Both the position numbers and the translations under genes were made by a program. 64,000 bases of DNA from Octopus sinensis (lineage: Eukaryota), in contig NC_043005.1 in NCBI RefSeq assembly GCF_006345805.1, positions 36,270,001 to 36,334,000 of the forward strand, given 5' to 3'. This document shows, one piece after another, positions 54,001 to 64,000 of the stretch (the stretch's first letter is position 1; each line of letters opens with the position of its first letter). Below the pieces are notes generated by a model. It was not told the DNA's origin. It did not search any database and saw only the letters and a list, made by a program, of their open reading frames with translations.

Positions 54001-54054
54001 ACAACATACAAACATACATACATACATACATACATACATACATACATACATACA

Positions 54055-54088
<34 letters not shown>

Positions 54089-54475
54089 CAATCATAGATG
54101 CATACATGTGTACACTTATATATACACATATATTTATATACATATATATACCCGTGTGCGTGTGGATGAGTGGGTGTGTGATGTACGTATACGTTAAAGA
54201 GATGAACATTCATATACGTATATATTCACGCACAGGTGCACATACCCGAATGTACATGTTTCCACACACATACACCTCTCATTCACATGTTTCTATGTAT
54301 GTATACATGTGTGTGTAGGTGTGCATATATGTATTTATGTATGTATGTGTGCACACACACACACACACATATATATATACATACATATACATATATACCT
54401 ATGTGTGTGTATGCGTATACATGTATGTGTGTATATGTATATATATGAAAACGTGTATGTATGTGTGTGTATGTA

Positions 54476-54506
<31 letters not shown>

Positions 54507-54880
54507 GCAAGCACACACATATGTAAGTAGAAAATGATGCACATCCTACGTTTGCATGCACACGCTTATTCGCAAGTACCTTTGTCTGCTATACTAAATA
54601 TATGGGTGTATGTTTGTATATGTGCTCACAACCACCCACTTGCACACGCACACACACACACACGCACACACACACACATTCACACACCGTCCACACACAG
54701 AGCAGAGAGACATTCTAGGTATTTTCTGTTGCAATGCACGCATGCATGACCGAATTCAGATTAGCAAAAAATGTTAAAAATATAAACAGATGACACATAT
54801 AGACCAAAACAGGACTTCGTGTAGAATGTGTAGTTAGGAGCTGTGAAGATCAGGTTACATAAGAGATAGCTAGCTAGAGA

Positions 54881-54922
<42 letters not shown>

Positions 54923-55017
54923 ACGTATGTGAGAGCAGCAAGTTACAGCAGGGGAATAAGGATGAAGCTTGCTGGATAACTCAGCTACCATTTAGATAGA
55001 AGCTATGCACTCTGACA

Positions 55018-55070
<53 letters not shown>

Positions 55071-56362
55071 CTCTCTCTATCTATCTAATCTATCAATCTA
55101 TCTATCCATCTATCTATGTGTGCGTATGTGTTCTTTTTTTAAGTATATATGTCGAAATATTTATATACATGTATATGTATTTCACATACACATGTATATA
55201 TAAATAGATACAGTATATATAAACATATACATACACTCACACAGATACTCAGACCCACAAATACATACGCATAACATTTATATTTGCAAATATTACGCTA
55301 AAATTTAAACCCTAAGCATATCTTCTTCGCTCAACTCGAAATCAGAGTTCTTAATGAAATGACATTTTATTTCCACTCGTATAAACTTATGCACCTTCTC
55401 TGCTTCTCTCTCCATCCCTCTCTCTCTCTCACACACATTCTCTCTATCTCTTTCCCTCTCTCATACACTTATGTACATACAATGCACAGATCTACCTCCT
55501 GGTTCTCTTTCGCTTTACTCGATATACAAGCTGAACTATACGCTTGTTAGTTTTCTCTTCAACTCAACCCCCACTCAATATAAACCAACGCTATAATCCC
55601 ACTTGAAGGCGTACTTCTTGCAAGCGCAACAGCTATTTTGATGTTATTCCCGTTTCTGTCATCGAGTTCTAAAATTTCTGTCTAATCATTGCATCTCTGT
55701 TTAATAAAACTACACGTCAGCTCCAACTGCACAATCCCCTCAGTGTGAAATTCATGCCAGCTCTCATTGGTAGCGCTTGACCTCAGACTGATATACGAAC
55801 ACTAGCTGAATTATATATACAATATTTTAAGGGACGTACGTCCTCATAATTCGCACAGGTCAGTTTAGTAATTCTCCAGTCGTATCTGGGGATGTGCGCA
55901 AACATACAGAAGCGCCATTTTAGATTACCTTTGCAATATTATTAATCATTCAAATTCCAGAAGAGTCAGGATTGGTTTCAAGGAACATATACAGGTTCTT
56001 ACGACTTAGAAATTGCAGCTGCAAATTCCGGTTTCTATATAATCTAGTTTTGCTGTAGTCAAATTTCCTTAATCCGGATTGTTCTTTTATTGTAGACACA
56101 TGCAACTACCATATTTTTGTAAGAACAGCAAACATTGCATGCCGTACTGCTCTTAGCTATTATCAAACACTTTAGCCTTTTCTGTTCAATAGTTACAGAT
56201 GTTCCTCCTCTTTCTCTAAGCAATTTATAAAACAGCTTGGTAGATGCACAGGCACACGCACACGCACACATATACACACAAGGGTGCGCATGTGCACGCA
56301 ACTTATACGAAGAAAGCAGTGTCATCACTGCAAATTTAAGCTTACTACTATCTTATGAAGTT

Positions 56363-56480
56363 TGAAGGTGCATGACCCACTGGTTAGGACGCTGAGCTCA
56401 GGATCCTCAGGACAGCAGTTCGATTCTTAGACCGGGTGACTCTTCATTTCACATTGTCCTTGTACACCCAGCTGAAAATA
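56363..56480 (+). mobile_element. SINE family C1, degenerate
   Basis: GGTGCATGACCCACTGGTTAGG..GTTCGATTC head; TTCATTTCACATTG body. Confidence 0.55.
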
Positions 56481-57224
56481 AGTGCCAGTAACATTCGAGG
56501 TTAAACGCGAAACAGACAGGCGTTTCCTTCACAGAGTGTGTGGCGAAATTCTTCTGCTCTGAGACTAAACGCCTTCAATTTGGATAACCACCGACCTCAT
56601 GCGGCTAACAACTTTCCCATGCATGTGTATATATATATATATATATGCGCGCGTGTGTATGTGTATGGGCGTACAGGAAGGTAATACCACAAGGCATACT
56701 ACTTTTTCTGCTCCATCACCGTCAACGCCACACCCACACACGCACGCACAAAACACACACACATACACACCTATGATGTACGTATGCATATATGTGTACA
56801 TATATACATTCATGTACACATATATGCATATATGTGTACATGAAGATAGATAAAAGCAGTTAAAGAGGAAGAAATAACATAAGGAGAATGAGAGGGAGAA
56901 AAGAATGAATGTTATGGGTAATTTAAACCTGAAGAACAGATGTTTGTTACGAAAAACAGGCTTTTCTAGCTTACATATTTTCTTGCCATCGCATCCCCCT
57001 CCCCCCCGCTTCAACTTCGCCTCTCCTCCTGTTTTTATTTTTCTTCTTCTTGTCCTGTTCTATGTGCAAGGGCAGGTTAGTATGATTACAGCACAGAAGT
57101 AGGATTAGAACTTAGAAATTAAGTTAACTCTGAAATAACTGATATGTGGCTGCTATTCCTTATAAAGATCTTTGAGCAAATCGAACCCATTTGTTATAAA
57201 TGAGACACTATGTATCGTTTGACT

Positions 57225-57550
57225 CAACTCCAGTAGATTACTGGTACTTAATGTATCGAATCTGTAGAGAAGGAATGCATAAATCAACCTCGACTGAATA
57301 TACCAATTACATCGACCCCAGCATTCAGTTGCGATTTATTTTATCGACTTCTAAAGTATGAAAGACGAAGTTGACCTCAGCGGAATTTGAACTCAAAACG
57401 TGAAGTATTTTGCCCGACGTGGTATTAAGTTTGTCTTTCAAATTTCTCCGATATCGACTTTACCTTTCATCCCTCGGGATTGATAAAATAAGTACCAGTT
57501 GAGCAGCTGGGTCTATATAATAGACTTACCCTTCCCCCGAAATTGTTGGC
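57225..57550. mobile_element. Cluster of SINE B fragments in both orientations
   Basis: ATCGACCCCAG..GGAATTTGAACTC (-) followed by CGACTTTACCTTTCATCC (+). Confidence 0.6.
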
Positions 57551-58526
57551 TGGTTGGTTCGTTTCCAGCCAGGCTTTAACTCATATAAAAAGAAGGGAGA
57601 GAGAGAAAGGGATAAAGGGATCAAAAGAAAGCTACAAAGAGAGAAGGGGGGGCAGATAGGAGGAGAGAGGGTGAAAAGAGAGAAAGAGGGAAGAAATGAG
57701 CGAGTGAGTTAACATTGAGTGGTGAGGATGAGTGTCATAACTTTGTGAAAACTACACATTTTTTAATTGAAATTTTGCAGAAATTTGTTTTCGATGGAAT
57801 AGATTGCGATTATGTTGATAAAATTTATAAAAATAAAAACAAATATTTACTACAAATACACAAATGAGAAATTAATTTTATATTAAATAATAAATCTTTT
57901 TTCTTTTGAAAATTATTCATGTCACTATTTTGCTTTTTGTATAAGCATCAAGGAATTTGATAAAAAGTTAGATTATAATTATTGTATGTATACCATATTT
58001 TCTGACATTCTGATATTATCCATGGTAACAAAAGTATAATTCTGAAGTTACCCGTCATAGGATGCGTAATCCTCTAAAAGTTAATATAAAATTATTGTAT
58101 TATGCTACATGTCTTGATATTACTCATTGCTGGCAAAAATATTCTTCAAAAGTTACTCGTCGTGACACGCAACACTCCAGTAAATTTATAATCGCTAATT
58201 TCAAATAAGTTTAATTCTTGCCTCAAAAGAGGTTTACAATGAAAATAATTCAGTTTACTTTGTCATACTGAAGGCAACTATCAAGTTAATAACATTTGGA
58301 ACAAGAGGCTTTGTTTCAATGGAGCATAACGACACTTGTCAGACAGAATGTTCATATTGACTGTTATTGGAGAAATGAAAACATGATGCAGATACGTCAG
58401 TGAGATCTTAGTCTTCTCATATATAGGAATACACACACACACACACACACACTTATATATATATATATATACATATTTATATACATGCATACATATATAT
58501 ATACATATACATATATATACATATAC

Positions 58527-58559
<33 letters not shown>

Positions 58560-59719
58560 CATATATACATATATATATATACACATATAAATATACATAT
58601 ATACATATATATATACATATACATACACACACACATATATATACGTATATATACATATGTATACCTTGCGCAAAGATGACACGCAGATTCGTTCTATATT
58701 TTTCTGTGTAGGTGAGCTTAGCAAACCAACATGCTTAGCGCGGAAGAATCAGTAGTCAGAACAGTTGAAAATAACAAACAATACCGTTGAGTATAACTAA
58801 AATACAAGAACTTTAATTAAGAGGCCAATAACATTTATGGAATAAACAAACAGTTCCTTAGCGAGTTCTTTCATTTATCTCTGAAATGTGTAGACTTCTT
58901 TTGGTGAGCTCTTCTTTTATTCACCAGTCTAATGATTTATTTTCTATCTTTCTTTCATTTATTTTTTCTTTTTTCCGACTGGATTCTTTTTACTTCCGAA
59001 TTTACGGTACCATTCCGCTTACTTTACGTTGCCAAGTTCACACTATTTTCGCAGTCAGTTCAAAACCGTCCACTGTTTCCATTAACCTCCGAAACCAACT
59101 TCACATTCCATACCAAATCCTGTGTCAACTGTTCCATACGAAATTACCCGGCACCATCGCTCGCATGGCATCGACTACTACACAACACCGTTCAAATCGG
59201 CTTCCAGCACATCACACATCAACGTCGCACATCACCTTTGAGTCCCAACTAACTCGCCACGTGGGAAATAGTAGTCTTCATACTTCGTCCACATTGTAAA
59301 AGCGTGCCAAAATCATACTGCATACACTTTAAACAGTCACGTGACGACAAAGAATAATAATAATAATTTTTTTTTTCATATTCACTTGCAAAAGCAGAGA
59401 GCGGTGTTTTAATTCGAGTCGTACGAATGGGAAATCATCTGGATATAAATTATTTTATTCGTAACAATATATATATATATATATATATATATTTCTGAGA
59501 TGTGTTGGTCTATAAGTGATTTCATCCGAGACAGTGTCTTGAAACAAAAGAAATTAAAGCGTGGGTGATACATATTAGCGATTCATAAAAACTTGTTAAC
59601 TTTACTTAAACATTACTTTACTTAAAACAAAATTGTCAACGTTACTTAAACATTTATTATGTGGTTTCAAAATAACAGCAGCAAGAGGGGTGGCAGTAGC
59701 AGTAGTAATAGTAGTAATC

Positions 59720-59760
<41 letters not shown>

Positions 59761-59902
59761 GTGATACAGTAAACTTAGTACATGTATGTGTGACTATGTG
59801 AGTGCGCGCGTGTATATGCATGTATCCCCCAGTCTCCCTACCTATTTATCTATCTTTTTCTATCTATCTATCTATCTATCTATTTATCTATCTATCTATC
59901 TG

Positions 59903-59982
<80 letters not shown>

Positions 59983-61019
59983 AGAGAGAGGTGGTATAGA
60001 AATTAATATAATGAATCTTCCAGAAAAAGTGTTCATTATTGAAGTATGATTCACAAATTTATCGAGATTCATCACCATGGAGAGACACTTTCACATTGAG
60101 TATCAGCTGCGAAACAATCCCATGAAGATCAAGGGTACCATTCCACACCCCTTCACTAACAGACTTTAAAAGAAGCTAAAGAGAAACTGCCTTTATTTGC
60201 ATGACCAATTGCTATATTTAGTAAAGGATGCGTGGATGCTACAGCATCCACATTTAGCCATGATAATATCAATTCTATATTTAGAAAAGTGGATAGTAGA
60301 AACTATAGACTGCTAGACGGCTGAATTTATTCTTCCGGGATCGATAAAATACGTATTAGGATCGATCAAATCAATTGCATCACTTCTGTTAAAATACGAG
60401 GAGTTGTGCCAATGTTAGGCGTCAATATTACTTCCATATTATCAAAATCTATAGGCTCAGCCTTATTGTATTCAATGTCGGTTTCTTTTTTTATTTTACA
60501 TTCAGTATATGTCCAAGTATTATCTCTTCTATAGAAGTCAAGTTTGGAATCCACGTGGCGATCTTAACCATATTCTCTGTTCATCCTGTCTTCTATATTC
60601 AGTATCCACTGAAGGATGAACACTTCTGTATGCCTTTAATACAGTTTGTATCAACTCTTCTGCTTATTGCCTCTGTTCCGACGTCATAAACTGAGACATT
60701 CTCTTCTAGAAGTCATTAGTTCTTGATTCTGCTATACTTTACAAAGCCAATCATATCCCACTGAGAGAAGGAAGGAAGGAAGAAAGGAAGAGAGGGGGCA
60801 TGAATTTCAACTAAACGCCATTTTCAATTGGCCTGCTACGAGCAGAGCTAGAATGACTGACCTTGCCGTGACTCAAATATAAGTGCGACATGGTAGCTTG
60901 TACCACGCTTTTATTAATTGTTTTAGGATCCCGTATATGTAATTTCAAGCGGACGTAGACACTCTCTCGACACTCCCGTCCTGGACTCAGTGGAACACTG
61001 AGTATGCTACTGCTAGTAG

Positions 61020-61190
61020 AAGAAAGAGCTGCACCAGTACCTAAGGCTGGTGTTCATTTCCATCTAAGTAAACTACAGCAACAAGAAATAATGTGCACTG
61101 CTAAAGGTAACAAAACATCGCCCAGTTTAGAAATTGAACCTACGATCTTATGGTTGTGAGCTTAATACTCTAATTACTAGGCCACGCAAC
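61020..61190 (-). mobile_element. SINE family C1, degenerate
   Basis: Minus-strand GCGTGGCCTAGTAATTAGAG..GGTTCAATTTC head. Confidence 0.55.
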
Positions 61191-61309
61191 TTTATTCATT
61201 TCTCTTCTATAAAGCTGTGATCACTTTTAGAACTTGTGTAACAACCCTAACTAACTGTATTCCATGTTGATCCTTTATATCTAAAACACAACTCAATTTT
61301 TTTTTTATC

Positions 61310-61520
61310 GGGCAGGGTGGAAAGAAAATCGTTAGCACGGCGGGCATTTTGTCCACTTTTGCGGCATTTCATCCTCTTTTGCGTTCTGAGCTCAAATTTC
61401 TCCGAGGTCACTTTTCCTTTCATTCTTTCGGGGGCTATAAAATGAATGCCAGTTCGAGCACTGGATGTATTCGATGTAGCCCATCACCCGAAATTGCTAG
61501 CCTTGGCCCAAAATTTGAAA
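61310..61520 (+). mobile_element. SINE family B, degenerate
   Basis: AATCGTTAGCACG..CCTTTCATTCTTTCGGGG. Confidence 0.6.
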
Positions 61521-62081
61521 TCAATATTTTTTTCTTTCATTAAGTTATGTCCAGTATCAGAAATTACACAACAACTCTAACTATATTTCGTATTGGTCAT
61601 CCACATTTATTAGAAATTTATTACATATTCATTCTATAAATAAGCATTGTCTCTACTCTACAGCTGAATTCAAATTTAGAATCATAAAGCAGGCAAAATG
61701 TCTGCTTCACTATTTTAAAACTGCCAATGAAAACCTAGGTCTGCCATGATCCCTTGTACTCTCAAAGCCGAAGCTTAACATGGTTTTCATGTATAAGTAA
61801 CCGACGTCACAGTATTCCCTCTGAACGAGATGCCGGTCCGTTGTAGACTCAACTTTCAAGCGATTTATTTGTAAATAGACGTAACATCAGGCCAGAGTAA
61901 TTTAGTTGCGGATACTTATCTCATGTAGATGATTAGGTGCAACAGTTCTACTCTATTATAAGCAAATATTATAACCTTTGTTTTCGCTTATTGAGACGTT
62001 TCGAAATCTGTCATTATTTTTGTTGTTGTCGTTGCTATTGTTACTGTCGTTGTTATTGTCGTTGTTATTGATTGTATATAA

Positions 62082-62300
62082 TGCAGCGAGATGGCAGAAT
62101 CATTAACGGATGGACAAAATGATTAGCGGTATTTCTTCCAGTTTTGCGTTGTGGGTTCAGATTCCTCCTAGCTCGACTTTGTCTTTCATCCTTCCGTGGT
62201 CGATAAAATAAGTACCAGCTGAGCACTGGAGTCGATGTAATTGACTAGCTTCCTTCTTCCACCCCTAAATTTTTTGTCTTACGCTTATGATAGAAACAAT
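62082..62300 (+). mobile_element. SINE family B
   Basis: GCAGCGAGATGGCAGAATC head and core. Confidence 0.7.
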
Positions 62301-62339
62301 TATTCTAAATGTGACCAACAAGCAGTTGCTCATAATATC

Positions 62340-62552
62340 GGTTTTAAATTTTAGCACAAGGGGGGCATCTTCGAGTGAAGGTGGGTAAGTCTATTACATC
62401 AATCCCAGTGCTCAAATGCTACTTATTTTATCGACCCCGAAAGGATGAAAGGCATAGCGGACTTCGGCGGAATTTGAACTCAGAACGTAAAGACGGACGA
62501 AATGCCGCCAAGCATTTTCCCGGGTATGCTAACGATTCTGTCAGATTTCCGG
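62340..62552 (-). mobile_element. SINE family B
   Basis: ATCGACCCCGAAAGGATGAAAGGC..GGAATTTGAACTCAGAACG. Confidence 0.75.
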
Positions 62553-62572
62553 CTTTCAGTTTTATCATAATA

Positions 62573-62971
62573 TTAGCAATATCACCGGGCGTTGCTCGGG
62601 TTTGTTTCGACCCTTTAGAATTGGAATTTTTGAAAAGTAAAAGTTTTGCATTATGTAGCTTGTTATTCTCTTTAAGTGAACATTTTTCTGGTTGAAATAC
62701 ACCGAAAAATGGCGACACAGCTGTCAAAAAAAAATCGTAAAAAATAGGGATCTTCATAGAAAAAAAGCACCTTTTTGATGCATATGATTTTTGGTGTTAA
62801 CATGGTCCGATTTGAATTTATTCTTCTACGGAAGGAAGAGCAAACCTTCTTCTATTATACTGTCAATTTTGGTCAAGTTGCGCCGCAGGGTCTCGAAGGA
62901 GATAGTGTTAGTTGAAGGCTACCAAACCAACCTGCCATACACAGACAACCTCAGCGTTATATATATAGAGA
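62573..62971 (-). mobile_element. Non-autonomous Helitron-like element
   Basis: Minus strand starts TC (TCTCTATATATATAACG), ends with GC hairpin CCCGAGCAACGCCCGG then CTAA (CTRR), and is inserted between A and T. Confidence 0.7.
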
Positions 62972-63483
62972 TCATGTTAAAATTTGTTTCTAGACTTTAA
63001 TATAGAAATAAGAGACAGAGACTGAGACTGAGAAATTGTCTAGAAACAGCTATCACTTTCTACTACACACCTTGTCTGCAGTGCCCATAAAAACCCACTA
63101 GTAAGCATTGCAACTAATCTGAGCTTGTATGATAAACTCATCACTATATATCGTATACTAATCTCCTGATCAGTCTCTACGACAATGTACAAAATACACG
63201 GCTTCTTGAAAACGTACAATGTAATACTTGAAAGGATCCTGATTTACTATATAATATGGTTAGAGTATTATACATACATGCATACATATAAACATACATG
63301 AATATATAAACACATATTTCTATACTCTGATACAGACGTATTTACATACATACATACATGTATACATACATACATACATACATACATACATACATGCATG
63401 CATGCATGCATACATAATACATACATAGATACATACATACATACATGCATGTATGCATATACACACACAGACATATGCATACA

Positions 63484-63516
<33 letters not shown>

Positions 63517-63552
63517 CGGAGTAAATGCGCTAAGCAGTGTTTACGTATAATC

Positions 63553-63772
63553 ACAATTTACGTTAGTTGAAATATTTTTGTCACATATTCCAACTACTAA
63601 AAGCAAATACACTGCAGTTATCGTGGAAAAAAAATTCTCTCCTATGGTAAGAAGGTGCGTTTTCACACCTTTTTTTACCATAAAAGAAAAGCTGTTCTCC
63701 ACGGTGACTGCAGTATATTTGCTTTGAGTAGTTGAAATATGTGACAAACATATTTCAAGTAACGTAAATTGT
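63553..63772. repeat. Imperfect ~220-bp palindrome (MITE or fold-back)
   Basis: ACAATTTACGTTAGTTGAAATAT... versus ...ATATTTCAAGTAACGTAAATTGT; arms meet near 63660. Confidence 0.88.
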
Positions 63773-64000
63773 AATATATATATATATATATATATATAAA
63801 GGAGTGAGTGAAGAGCCGAACGGAATTAACACTCATGGAGATGTATCTATTAATTTATGAACATTACCTCCTCGTGTTATTTAAAGTTTCGTGGACGGGG
63901 AAATATATCATGGCCAGCTCGCCGGACATATGAAGACGTAGATAAATGAGGACATACGTAAATAAAGAGGTACGTGAGTGTATACGGAGACAAGAAGTGT

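Noticed and set aside
60320-60900. Possible APE endonuclease remnant on the minus strand (WDMIG...)
   Set aside because: Catalytic motifs such as GDFN are not recoverable by eye

Overview
AT-rich, repeat-saturated eukaryotic DNA with no recognisable host protein-coding exon. The SINE families and TA/TATG/AAT microsatellite load resemble an octopus (coleoid cephalopod) genome, which is an inference. Most short ORFs in the track are microsatellite translations. Real coding remnants are all transposon-derived: at least six distinct restriction-like-endonuclease (RLE) non-LTR retrotransposon families of the Dong/R4 type, sitting in (AAT)n arrays in a fixed orientation; Penelope-like elements (RT + GIY-YIG); Tx1/L1, RTE and CR1/Jockey-like fragments; a mariner, a hAT fragment, a Helitron-like element and MITEs. 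Four observations stand out. (1) A ~556-bp non-coding element (4 copies) occupies the same (AAT)n sites and carries a 3' stem-loop resembling one seen in all six Dong/R4 3' UTRs, making it a candidate non-autonomous partner of RLE LINEs. (2) ~175-bp hammerhead-ribozyme mini-elements are inserted as inverted pairs around an AAT spacer with apparent TSDs, and one spacer was later invaded by two Dong/R4 LINEs. (3) A TSD-flanked pentameric SINE concatemer is present. (4) There are several fold-back elements. All alignments and folds were done by eye.
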